Positions 1 to 12,262 of a stretch of DNA of 64,000 nucleotides are shown here, one piece after another (the stretch's first letter is position 1; each line of letters starts with the position of its first letter). This DNA is from Craspedostauros australis. Its lineage: Eukaryota. The position numbers and the translations under genes are program-made. Where the stretch lies: contig JALAGF010006292.1 of assembly GCA_030167865.1 (NCBI GenBank), positions 1 through 64,000 of the forward strand, given 5' to 3'. The notes below the pieces were generated by a model that worked only from the letters and a program-made list of their open reading frames with translations, ran no database searches and was not told the origin of the DNA.

Positions 1-3000
1 TATCTTCACGAAAGAGGGACAGACCTTGTATTTGGCAGTGAATACCAGCAGCGGTTGGGATCTTGGTGGGAGAGAGTCCAACTCGTGATCCTGTTGTGTT
101 GGGTGCAATCTCTCCAAGTTCGCCAACCTCTATCGCACCCACACACCACAAGCTACGATTCCAACAACAACAACAACAACGACGACGACGACGACGACGA
201 CAACAACAACAATCTAACCACAAAAGCAGCTCCCAAAGAATCTGCGTTGTGACTGCCAGTTGTCATGATCGGAGATCGTTCCATGGAAGCCATTGAAAGC
301 ACAACCGGCATCCATTACTGAATTCATCGTTGGGGGCAACACGCATCTCGCACACTCAAAATTTGTCACTCTGCCTGGGAAACCTTTGACCGCGCGAGAT
401 GTTTGCGCTCCACGCGTGCAACACTTGTGATGTTGACATCTGTCGAAGGACCACTTTCAATTCGCATTGTCCACGTCGCGTGCAATGATTGGTGTAAAAA
501 CAAGTCCATTTGGTCGAGGGTTGTGACATGTTGGTGATTCCTTCGGTCTCTCTTGGGTCATTCATCCAAGGACTGTCGGATGAAGGATCAGGCATGTGCT
601 GCTGGGATCGATCAGTGTTTGCAGATCAAGATGGTGGCACTCAAGTATCAGATCGGTGTTGCCCCTGGCATCTGGCCTAGCATGAATATCCATTTGATTT
701 TCATTCTTTCCATGCTTTGTGACCGACGGCAAAGGTATGAGCTTAATGCTCAACTCGATTGCAGCGGACAATGATGGCGATAGTAGTATTCAATGACATG
801 AAAGTTGCTGGATGGTCCAAGTGTTGAGGGTTCACACACAGCAGTATAGCATGATGCATGCCATACAACAGAGATGAAGAACAACTCCAACGCAATACGC
901 ACCATGTGGTGTCAGAGTCTGAGCCACGAATGCAATGTTCCCATACACGCACAATGCCATCACCGATGCACTTACCTGGTGCANNNNNNNNNNNNNNNNN
1001 NNNNNNNNNNNNNNNNNNNNNNNNNNNNNNNNNCCATACACGCACAATGCCATCACCGATGCACTTACCTGGTGCAGGGCACCCCATCTTCTGCATGCTT
1101 TTTGCAATCCTCCCATCAACCCTCTTCCGGTGTCGCCTTGCGCATGTGGACGACTGACCCATAGAAGCAACGTCTGCACGAGGCAACCGATCTTGCGATC
1201 GGCGTATTCCAACAACAATGGACCCCACATGACAGGGTATGTGAGCAGTCATCTCCCCTCTTCCAATATCTTCTCNNNNNNNNNNNNNNNNNNNNNNNNN
1301 NNNNNNNNNNNNNNNNNNNNNNNNNNNNNNNNNCAAGTCTAGTGTATGCCATCTGGGATCTGTGCGCATGGCCAGAGTAGGAAGGCATAATATGGCCAAG
1401 GCCCAAGCTCCAACTACGTGGCAACCAACTTGTGTACGTTGCTGCTGCGTATTCTGGTGTATGCAGAGCCTGACAGGACTGTTTCCATGACTGCACCGAA
1501 TGCTGATCGCTGGATGCACTAAAACACTGACATCGGTGCGTGTGTAGAGGCAGCATCTTTGCCCAGTCGCCAACAGCCAAGTTCTCGCAACCTGGGCACA
1601 TTCCATGCAGACATATAGATGCGGCGCATCGCTAGTCCCATGCATTGTTGCCTCCTCCTCATGCTTGTGGCCTGCGTCGCAACACATCTCACCTATTCTA
1701 GTCGTTCAACGCTGCCAACACGGATACCCTGGGCGGCCAAAGCGCTCTCGTGGTATGATCATTGCTCGTTGCATGTGACCATTGCCGAGTTTCTGCCAAG
1801 TATTTGAACGGATTGACTGATGACAATGGTGAGCCAAAAGAATCGATTCTGATGGTGCAGAGGCCGTCAGCAATGAACCGCGACCGTGCTCATGACATAC
1901 CATTTCACTGTTGCCATTGCCCTTGTCATGGCACATTCGACGTGTTCCATTCTCCAATGATGCAGGTTGGGCACGAAGCCCAACGCGCAGATTCGCATCA
2001 GCAATCTGGCCACCACACATATGCAAATGAGCTCGGTTGTGATGTGGTTTCCTCAACTCTCGTGTCGATTGTACTGCATCTTCTTTTGGCTGTCTATCAC
2101 CGTGGCAAACTCCTTGCGCAATGGACACCACAGCTGGTGCCTGAGCTTTGTTCTCCTGATGAGGTGGGGTCAGAGTTTAATAGAGATGGAGGGATTCACG
2201 ATGACTGCTGCAAGGATAGACTCGAACAGCAGTTGCAAATCTCGCCGTATTCGCTTGTAGGATGGCCAGTCAATCATGAAAGCCTTCATTTCCGTTCGGT
2301 GTGCTTACACCAACTACCTTGGCCCCATGTGTTCATTGGCATCCTTGGGGGCATTGCCTGTGCTTTCTTCGTGGGCTACTGCCTGTACTTTTCTTGTCCC
2401 CACTTCCTCTTCCACATTCTTCATGATCTTTGCTTTCAGCTTATTAGCACAATGCTTCATTCACCTGATACGTTTTCTGATTAGTCCGTCCTGGTATGTG
2501 CTGAAACGTATTTTCCTCCAGACACATGTTTATTGGCATAAGGGACACACTAGAGAACATCAGAGATTCGGTCAGGCCACCACCAGGCAATCATGTGATG
2601 CCAAGTTTAACTTGATCTACTTCCCAACTAAACCTGAAGTGACACCAACTTCAGCAACCTCAAGATTCATCAATGGAATGTGGAATCGACAGAGCCATGG
2701 AATGGTGATGAGTGACGTCGACACAGGAGACGTCATCGCCACATCATGGGTCATCTCCACATCAGAACAAGATTGCAAAGATGAATGACCAAGAGCTGTC
2801 CTTGAATGCAGCAACATGAGATACAACTCAATGAAGATAACATAGATTCAGAAGTCACTCTACCCAATCAGTGCCTTCGTTACACCAGCTCATCGCCATC
2901 TTCCTGAAAGACTTGATCTCTCTTGACGGATTCGTGTGATTTCGCTGTGTACAATAACAGGATAACACAGCTCCTCCACAGGCTGTTCTGACTCTTGGAG

Positions 3001-5300
3001 GTGGACAGAGGTGTTCGGATGCTCTTGCACATGTGTGTGGATGGTCTTGCTGGACTCGTGAACACAACCACAGATCACCTGTCCGGATCCTTTGAGATGG
3101 TGCACAACGTTTTTGGGAATTCGCTCTGTGTTGATTGTTGTTGCTGAGCCGAGGCTGCTTCATCTGGAAGGAGAATAAGTTCAAAGAGGATAGGCTTGTT
3201 AGGCTTGGTGCTTTGAAGATGGTGCTGGACATGGGGCAAAGGAGGGAGGATTCAAATTCATCTTCCATGTTGCAACCATTGAGGTTGGGATCAGCAGGGA
3301 AGATGTGAGCTGATGCATCCTGGCAGTTCACATGGAAGACGGCATGACCAGGGGTCTGTGTGGAACGGAATAACACTGTCCCTGATAGTTTATCATTGTG
3401 CACCTGGGACGGAAAGTCGTTGCACAAGTTTCTGTTCAAGAAAATTGCCTCCTTGGCAATGATAGGCGTCTGCATTCGTTCCCCGCGAAACCTTGTGAAA
3501 AATTCTATCGACATATGCCAATGAGCATCGCAGACAGTGCCAACGTTCTGATTGCCCATGGACCAATTTCAAAGGTTGTACATGGGGGAGAATCCAATTG
3601 GCAGTGAGCTCTTGCCGTGGTCACAAGGTCACAACCATGTTGGCTGTGGAGGCTGGGACCCAGTTCGCTCAAATCCGGCCGACTTGGTGTTGCAAGGTGG
3701 TTCAAAGCCGTTTCGATTGGCACTCCTTCCTTGTGGCTGTTGGAATCATGATGATATCACCAGTTGCTGGAGTATTAGGCCTTGTTTTGACATCTGGTGT
3801 CCTGAGCATATATTGTGCATGGGCACTGGCCACTGCTGTAATAATGGTGGCAGGATGAGGAGGTGTGGCTGCAAGGAACCTTGCACAATGCCTCCTGCCT
3901 CCTCTTCTTGTTCCCGTTCTGCTGCTGCTGGAGTTGTCATGCCCTCTGTTGCAGATCAAATTGGTACTGCTCATCCTGATGTAATCGAGGATCCTGGTGC
4001 AGCCAAAGATATCAGGATTTGTACCACTAAAGGCACACAGTTTATGCTGGAACCTGTCTTCTGTTGACACTAATGGCACAATAGCCAGCAACTCTCTCCA
4101 GTTTTGTACAGACTGCACAAAAGGGTGCATGGTTGATGTCTTGGCGTGCTCTTCANNNNNNNNNNNNNNNNNNNNNNNNNNNNNNNNNNNNNNNNNNNNN
4201 NNNNNNNNNNNNNNNNNNNNNNNNNNNNNNNNNNNNNNNNNNNNTTTGGATGCAGTCATCATGATGGCCATGTTGTCTCTTGTGGCCACCTGCTTGCCTG
4301 CTGATGGTTGGATGGTTGGATGGATGGATGGATGGACAACACCATCTATTTGTGTATTTTGCAAGCCCACATGGGATGCTGTGAAAAGCATGGACCCGGC
4401 CTGGTAGAAGTGTGATGGGTCTGTACATGTATGGGAGAGCAGAATTGATGTGAGGTGCGTCTGTGGATGGATCTTTTCCCAGAGTATACCACGCTCAGCA
4501 CCAACATTGCAATACGTTGGCAGCGCATGCCAAGTTGAATGCTTCCACAGGTGCATGGAAAAGTTGGTGGATGGATGGGCCAGCCCATGTGATAATGCTG
4601 GAATGTACTGTATTCCATGTCGAAGGCAAGGATGGCAACAGTCGAGAAAAACTGTCACACTCAACACACCCTCCCACAGATCACCAGATGCAAAATGTTG
4701 AACGGATCATCCGATGTGACCACAGCAGCCAAAAAAGCTGTCGCGGCTAGTAGCAGTCCGCCCTTGACTTGGCTTCCCCTGCAAAACCAGNNNNNNNNCA
4801 CTCTTTGGCTGATCTGCACCAACACTGGTTGTCCAATTCTCAGCAGAATGGTTTGACAGTAGAGCCCATTCTCGTGTTGTTTGTGTCTGCTCGATCCCTC
4901 AAAATGACAAATTCAACGTCTGTCCCACCACCAGGATCAGAAGCACCAAAGCGTGCTCTGACACCAGATCATGCAAACGGAACCATGGAATTGGAAAAAA
5001 TGTGGTCATTTGGTGCCTTCTTCCAGCCCAAATCGCGTTGCGATTTGCACAATGATGGCTGCCACAACAGGAAAGGTCAAAATCAACCGACAAGCACTGA
5101 AACACAACAAAGGAAACAACACTGCCGCCACCAGTATCTTTCCGCGTCGTGCCATCAGCTCAGCAAGGGGAGAGATGCAGGTTGCGCAGGACTTTGTATT
5201 TACAAACTAAGCTAAACATTAAATAGTATAATATCATACAATATTTTGCATACCACAGGATAAGCCACTGTGATCCATTACATTATAGAATATAATACTG
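1..5300. other. CpG-depleted degenerate region (probable decayed repeat or pseudogene remnants) with 4 assembly gaps
   Basis: Long stretches (e.g. 3721-4080) contain almost no CG and many TG/CA, unlike the CG-rich genes downstream. There are only short, unrecognisable ORFs. N-runs lie at 984-1033, 1276-1333, 4156-4244 and 4791-4798. Boundaries are approximate. Confidence 0.55.
162..212. repeat. compound trinucleotide microsatellite (AAC)n(GAC)n(AAC)n
   Basis: Read directly: caacaacaac...gacgacgac...aacaacaacaa. Confidence 0.95.
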
Positions 5301-6293
5301 TGTTGTGTGGTATTCGCAAGTGTTGCTGTTGCTGTGAACATGGACGTGCAGGGACGCTGCCACCAACGCTGTGCTGTTTGACACAACACACACAAACGAG
5401 GAAGCACACAACAGAACCAAATCACCAACAACGCAAGGAATCAAGGCAACACCGTTTCTGCGACAACGTCACCGTCCACACCATTGGATTCCATTGCCGT
5501 CTGATATCGACCGTCAAAGACGTCATCAATTCTGTCCACGGTGAAGACAAGTCAGCCAGGTATTTGTGTCGTAAAAGCTAGCTAAATATATCTAACCCTA
5601 ATTGACAACACGCCGTATCGTTATCTAAATATATCACGTTTTACGATGTCAAATCCGCAAAAACGTACGATTCTATCCTGAATGGGGCCATATTGCAACA
5701 TAATACGTGTGCACAATACCTCCTCCGCATCACTCTCTTCCTCTTTCTGTCTGGCTCGTACGCGTGTCTTGATTGTGCATCACCTGGTTGTGCATCAGCT
5801 CTCGTTGTGAGTGGAGCCACCCAAAGCAACGGTGTGGGCAGGAGGGAGCGACGCATTCGTGCCTGTCCTCGCTGCGGAATCGTCCAATCACTCAGATACA
5901 ACACTGTGACGGTTGCTATTCCCGTTGCTGTTGCTGTCACTAATTTCGTTTCTATAAATGATGAATCAACTCCGATGATGCTATGATGACATTCTCTGGT
6001 GCCCCTGGAAAGTGAATCGGGCGGACACTGGGATTGCTGATTGGAAGGCTGCTCACTCTCCCGAGCACAAGCTGAGGCGTCGATGGAATCTTGCTCCGCT
6101 CACGTCCATTGTACTTTGGCGCAAGGTCTTGCTTTGCCTAGTCACAAATCAATCCCAACCTCCGTCCTGAAGGTGGGGCTCCTTGGTTTCGGCCAATGTC
6201 TGCATCGATGCCCGAAACCGAGCAAGGTCCAGAAGCAGAGCCGCAAAGCGTCCCATCTGCGGCAACTGTGCCTTCACATTGCTTGGACATGAT

Positions 6294-6342
6294 CATGTGT
6301 ACATGTGCATGTGCGCATGTGTATGTGCGCATGTACGTGCGT
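6294..6342. repeat. 49-nt perfectly alternating pyrimidine-purine tract (CATGTG-like units)
   Basis: catgtgtacatgtgcatgtgcgcatgtgtatgtgcgcatgtacgtgcgt. Confidence 0.9.
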
Positions 6343-6529
6343 TTGTGTTCGTGCGTGCATTGCTGTGAACACTTGCGCCGACATGTGAAGCGGAAGTAAC
6401 GTTTGACATGGTATCAAATTCGCATGGGGAGGAATGTACCCACATCACACGAGTAGTGTGAGTAGCAATCCTGCGCGGGTGCCCCACCGTGGTGTGACTG
6501 GCAGGTCACAACGGATGCCCCTCCCCCCT

Positions 6530-9500
6530 TTAGCCTTCGGTGGGCTCGCAATCACCTGTTTCGGCATCGCAGCACTCCGTGCAACATCCCACCGGGCATT
6601 GAATTTGGGGGTCACCCGTGGATTCCGTGGGGAGGCAGTCCGCCTTGAGTTGGTACAAAAGGAGCGGAGATGTGATCGTCGAATCGACGTTGGTGCGCAA
6701 GGCGCACAACTCGTCTGGGATAGACTCGGTGAAATCATTGCCTTCCAGCCACAACTCTTCGAGCTTGGCCAGGTTACCAAACTCAGTTGGGATGGTTCCG
6801 TTCAGGTTGTTGTCTCTGAGATGGAGCTCGCGAAGGTACGTGATTTCGCCGATGCGCGTGCTGATGGTGCCGGAGAGTTGGCAGTCTTTGGCATGGAACA
6901 CAATGAGCTTCGGGTTGTCGTAGAATTCCTCTGGAAAGGTTCCAGTGATCTGGTTGTCGGACACGTCCATGGTGCGGATGTTGGGTGACTTCGCTAACTC
7001 TGCTGGAATCTTACCCACAAGGCTGTTCTTGGCGAGCAAGACACTGGAGACGCCCGAGTCAGCGAGCTCCACAGGGATCTCCCCCACGAATCGATTCTTC
7101 TGCAAATATAGAAACTCTGTGGTGGCCATGCATCATCGAAAGAGCGTCGGCGAGACCCGTCCATGTATCGACACGTATGGTCGACGTTTGAGGTGTGGTT
7201 GGCAGATGACGGGTAGCATCACGACGCGGGCAATGAAGAGCAACGTTGAAGTCGTGCACAGACGGAAAAGCAGGTCCACATAACCATCGCACAATCAAAG
7301 ATTCACGCAATTGCGCAAAGGGTCATGATCGCCGATAGATGTCGCAGCAAAGTGATGGAAGATAATGTGTTTGTACAAGTGAGTAAAAGGAGAGAGAGAA
7401 GGAGGAGGAGAGCATATGAGTTGTCGCAAGAGGCAGGATGTAGATGCGATTTGAAATTTAACAGCGACGCGATGCGATGCAACACACAGTGATTCGATTC
7501 GATGCAATGAATGGAGCAGCATAGAAGTATGCTGGCATCGAGTGCTCGAAGAGGAGCTGAACACGATCTTGCATGTCTCCATACCAATACGAGTAGAAGT
7601 ACTTACGCAAGTTTGTCATCAGCCCCATTTCAGTCGGGATCCGACCGCTGAAACGGTTCTTCCAAAGGAACAGACTCTTCAAGGCGCTAAGTTGCGAGAT
7701 GGTCGTTGGGAGTGTTCCGTTGAAATTGTTTTCCCCCAACGTGAGGCGATCGAGAGAAGGCATTGTCCAGATGCTTTCGGGGACAGTTCCAGAGAGTTGG
7801 TTCGTATTCAGATCCAACCGGAACAACGTCTTCATTTCACCGAACTCCTTCGGCAAACTGCCTGTGAGATTGTTAATGGCAAGTCGAATACTCAGCAAGG
7901 AAGGGAGCTTCGTGAGCTCAGTGGGAACCTTCCCGGAGATGCCTTGCTTGACTGCGGAATGGCCAATGGATTAGTTGTGTCATGGAATACAGGCACAGCA
8001 GAACGGAGGAGGGTAGAGTGGAATAGGTAAGCGAGGGCCGATTGTGCAAACGAGCACGCACAACTGTGTATAGGATGCACGCAATGTAAAAGCGCAACAG
8101 GAAAAGCAGGCCATCACGACGACAACGAGATGGCTGGCAAGATGCCTCCTGGGATGGACGGCATCAGTCTGTTCATGTTGCATGCAGTGCCGACTCATGC
8201 GGCGATGGTAGCGGCATCATCAAAGATGCATTCACGACAGACTTACCGATCGAGATCTCCGAGACGTTGTCGAGTTCGTTGCAAGCGATGCCAGCCCATT
8301 TGCACTCAGGCTCGCCTGAGAGCCAACGATGCTGTGGAAGCGCGAGCTCAGACCCATCGAACTGGAGCGTGAGCCAGCTGCAGAGGTTGCTCTCGCCCTC
8401 CTTCGGTGGATTGCACGATCTCCATTCGCCTCGTTCGCTGGTCAAGAGGTAGAAAAGCGCCAAGATGTATCGTTGCTGCAGGTTGCGATCGCTGGGAGTC
8501 AGCTGCAGAGGATCTTCGTTGATGATCCATTGCATGGCCTTGTGGTACGCGCTGTCCACGTCATTGAGCTGCTCGCTGCCCACGAGGCGCTCCAGCTGCT
8601 CTTGGATCCCCAAGGATTCTCGGTAGGTCGTCGGTGCTTGGGTTGGGGGGTCTTCGATGGCCTTGCTGGAGTTGGACCAGTCAACACCAAGGACGATTCC
8701 AACGATGCCTCCGATGAGCAGGACAGCGAAGATAGCGACGTAGCGACGAAAGCCGGGGGTCTTGTAGATCGGTGGCTTGGCATCCGGGTCGTATTCCACA
8801 GCGGCCGGGATGAATTCATCTGATGCATCGTCGTTGACTGCGACGGCGACCGCCAGGTTGTTGCCACTCTCGGGATCACCGCCCCCGTTGGCAGCTGCGT
8901 TTGTTCCGTTGAAGCCGTCGCCCTTGTGGGTCGCTTCCACCGCGCTCAGCCCACCGTCGCCGTTGCCAGCAGCAAGCTTTTCCTGAACAGCTGCGATGAC
9001 ATCTTCTGGCTGGATTCCCTGCGCCGCGAGCTTGTCGCTGGTGGCGTTCGAGGGCATGGTCGCAGCAGCCAAGCTTGCTGCGTGCGCATTCTTGGGGATC
9101 TGCGACTGCGCACGGGCGCGTGCCTGGGTCTGCGCCAGGAGCTGGTGGCGTCGGAGCTCTTCGGCGGAGAGCTTCGCGGAACCAGCTCCCATGCTGGGGG
9201 CCGTGCTGGCGTCGGAACGCCGCACCGCTCGGTTGGTGCCGAGCATTGCTGTCTCCTTGGCCATCAGGTCCTGCTCCAGCTGGTTGAGCTGCGCGCGGGA
9301 TGGTGGCAACGTGGACGGAGCACCACCACGGTTGATCTTGTGGGCCATGGCATTCTCCAGATCAAGCAGCTGCCTCCGGACGGGGTGCACTCCCACATTG
9401 GGAGCGCTGGCCGCGTGTGCGACTGCCCCAGGGATGGACGCCGCGTATGACTGGGCCTTTGCTGCGAGGTCCATTCCGGGCTGCGTCGTTGCGGCGTTTG

Positions 9501-10071
9501 GCGAGCTGCTGTTCTGGGAGCGCGACTTTGCGGTGATGTCAGCCTCCAGGTCTTCGAGTCCTCGGTGGTCCGACGGGCGAGAGTAGGCGCCCGGTCGTGG
9601 CTTCCGGGGGCCGAAGTTGCGAGCTTGGGCCTTGGCGAGGATGTCGGATTCCGCCATCGCCATGCTGGAACGCCCAGTCGCAGACGCAGCTGGCGGGGGA
9701 CGCTTGGGGTAAGCGGTGGTTGCGGCAACACCGACGGGGGCCTGGCCCGACCGCAAACCGGCTTGACCGATGCCGGTTGTTGCAGGGGGGCGTTTGGACG
9801 ATGGCACTTGGACTGGTCTGGCTGCGCGTCGCTTCGCCTCGTCGTCGGTTTCCGCGGCGCCATTGTAGCGACGGCGCTGGTTGGCGATGCGGCCATCGAG
9901 GCGGGACAGCTCCTCGTCGGCTCGATTGCGAGATGCGCCGTTTGATTGTTGTTGCTGCTGCTGGCGATTGGTCGGTTGGTTGCCTTGATTGCCTTGATTG
10001 CGACCGGTGTCGCCAGCGCCATTGCTGTGGACGCCCTTCATGTCGTGCTTATGACTATTGGCGTTGTCCAT
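6530..10071 (-). CDS. Leucine-rich-repeat receptor-like membrane protein (type II, no kinase); exons 10071-8247, 7951-7607, 7116-6530
   Basis: Long low-complexity N-terminus, one TM helix (YVAIFAVLLIGGIVGIVLGV) and an LRR N-cap (QRYILALFY...WLSGEPECKWAGIAC). About ten plant-type LRRs (LxLxxNxLxGxIPxE) precede a C-terminal Cys cluster (ADC...CPVGCCTECC). GTAAGT donors and CAG acceptors keep the frame. Confidence 0.9.
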
Positions 10072-12103
10072 CGTTGGATTCCTTTCGTTGGATTCCTTGG
10101 GTGATGGATGTGCGATGTTGCCGGTGTGTGTGTGCTGGGATGCTTGGGTCTTTTCGATCGATCGATCAGCGAAGGGAAGCAAGGTGAGATTGGTGATGCT
10201 TCCGTTGTTGTGGCAGTGACGGAATGCTATGCTGGCGAGTCCTTCTTTCCTGCTTGTCCTTGCGTCTGAGCTTGTGTTACTCAGCAATCTACGATCAGGA
10301 ATGGCACCGATCGTGGCAATGTCGATGGTTGTGTTTGCGCAACTGCGGCATGAAGGAAGTGTGAGATGGACGGCTCATGAGCGAGTACGAGTTGGATTCA
10401 CGAGGCAACGGTCTGATTGTGAGGTTTTGGAATGAGCAGCGTGGGAGACGCAGCAAGGGAGCGTCGCGGCAACGGTCACGAGGATCTCTGTTGAGGTGGT
10501 CGTTTGGTTTGTACCATCGTCGCGTCACGCAACAGGGGGCCCCTGTTGGTTTCTGCTCCTCCGCTTGTTGCGCTTGTCGTTGCTCTTCTTCTTGGTGTGG
10601 TCGTTTTTTCTTGGTTTCTCTGGAAGCCAAACGCGACACCCCAACACGAGAACTGAAGTGACAAGACAAAAATCTGTGTCACTCTCGGCCAAGGAAAGCG
10701 AAGCCACGCAACCAACGGCGACAGAGGCGCCAAGAAAACAAGTCTTGGATGACGTCCCAGCGTTTTCATCGCTGAGCGACGCGACAGAACGGCGACCGTC
10801 TGCGGATTTATCCGTCCACGACGACGGAGTCAACCAACACCAACAACAGCACCTCCAACACATCATGGAAGATGACGAGAGTGTGGGCGCATGGAGCCAT
10901 CGTTGCCACCGCAACCGCTGCTGGTGTGAAGCAGTTGCTGTTGCGCACTGCTTCACCTCGACATCACTGCTCTTCGCATCCTCAGCGAGACATCGCAGGA
11001 TCAACCCCCTTGCAACTTACCGAGAGTGCAGAATCTGCCGAGTTGTGTTGACTTCCAATTCACTCCGCTTCACTTTGCTGTGCGTTGGTGTTGGTGTTGG
11101 TGTTGGTCGTGATCGTCACCTTTTGGAGTGTTGCTATCGAGGCTTCTTTCCGAAGTTTGGTTGGGGTGATCTGCATCGATCTTGCTCAACGATTGTCACC
11201 GCTGTTGTTGTTCTTGTCCTGGGTTTCTTGTTGGGAATGACGTGGGTGGGATGTTGCGGATGGGACACAAAACTCGCTCTGCCAAAACTATGAGCACAGC
11301 GAGTTGGGATGAGCAAGAATGAGGAGATGAAATGTCTGCGAACGCGTTGTAAACGTGGTGCTGCTCCTCATTTCTTTCCTTCGGTTGCTTTCTTCATCGT
11401 TGTTTCAACATGCTCTTGCACTGCTTCTGTCGTATGGTATAATGTGCAATTCTGCCAACATGCCACTGTGTGCTCGCAGCTCTCACCAGCGTCAGTGTCA
11501 ACGATGCTCCGTTTCGCGCCAAGATCTTGTGGGATGTGGTGCCTTTGGCGGGAGGGTGACTGCTGATGAAGCGCGAGACTACGACGTATCCACGCGAACG
11601 TTGTGCTCGACTTGCGTTGGGAACCATGACGACCACCAAACAAGTCCACTTGTCCATTGGTGTGGGTACCACTGTGTCGAAGTTCTTGCATCCTTACTTA
11701 TGGACTGTTGTTTTGAGAAGGTCCTGAAGGCCCAACGGATTAGTTTCGAACACATCCCACGGATAGACTTGGACGACCCACAAACCCGAACCTCCTTCGG
11801 CTCTTGATCAGACCGACCACAAGGGTTTGACAAAATCCGATCACTTCGACCTACTATCATTCATGACACAGCCATTCGTTCCTGTGCGTGTGTTTGGTTT
11901 TGGGTTTGTCGGAAAAGGATACCATCACTCGCATCGCACGCGTCACGCGCATCACGAACATCACACAAATGACATGGGAGGACACACCACGAGATGGCAT
12001 CTCATCACCCATCAATCCTTGCCACAGACACAACGCTCTACCAATACCTCCACGAACCAGCCAACAACCCAGCTCACTTCCGACAATACTTGTCTGGAGG
12101 TGT

Positions 12104-12146
12104 CCATCCATCCATCCATCCATCCATCCATTCATCCATCCATCCA
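12104..12146. repeat. (ATCC)n tetranucleotide microsatellite
   Basis: Read directly, just upstream of the methyltransferase ORF. Confidence 0.9.
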
Positions 12147-12262
12147 GAAGTGTGCCATAGTACAAATATTATGCTCAAGAAGAGTGCCCACACGTTGTCG
12201 GAGCTCGAATCAATCTGCTCGCTGCTGTCCGGAGCGCACTAGATCGTATTGAAAGACCCTCC

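Noticed and set aside
941..1076. 43-bp direct repeat flanking a 50-N gap (CRISPR- or TSD-like appearance)
   Set aside because: Identical sequence on both sides of a round-number gap is typical of unmerged overlapping contig ends.
970..1100. ACTTACCTGG resembling the U1 snRNA 5' end
   Set aside because: No U1 stem-loop I/II loop motifs or Sm site follow; it is equally the reverse complement of a 5' splice site.
2855..3559. 234-aa ORF with a U-box-like fragment (LLCPMSSTIFKAP)
   Set aside because: The rest of the domain is missing and the ORF lies in the degenerate region.
5592..5601. Telomeric repeat CTAACCCTAA
   Set aside because: Fewer than two units; not an array.
10496..11293. 265-aa ORF between the LRR and SpoU genes
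   Set aside because: Non-ATG start, low-complexity/Cys-rich translation, microsatellite content; probably UTR or promoter DNA.
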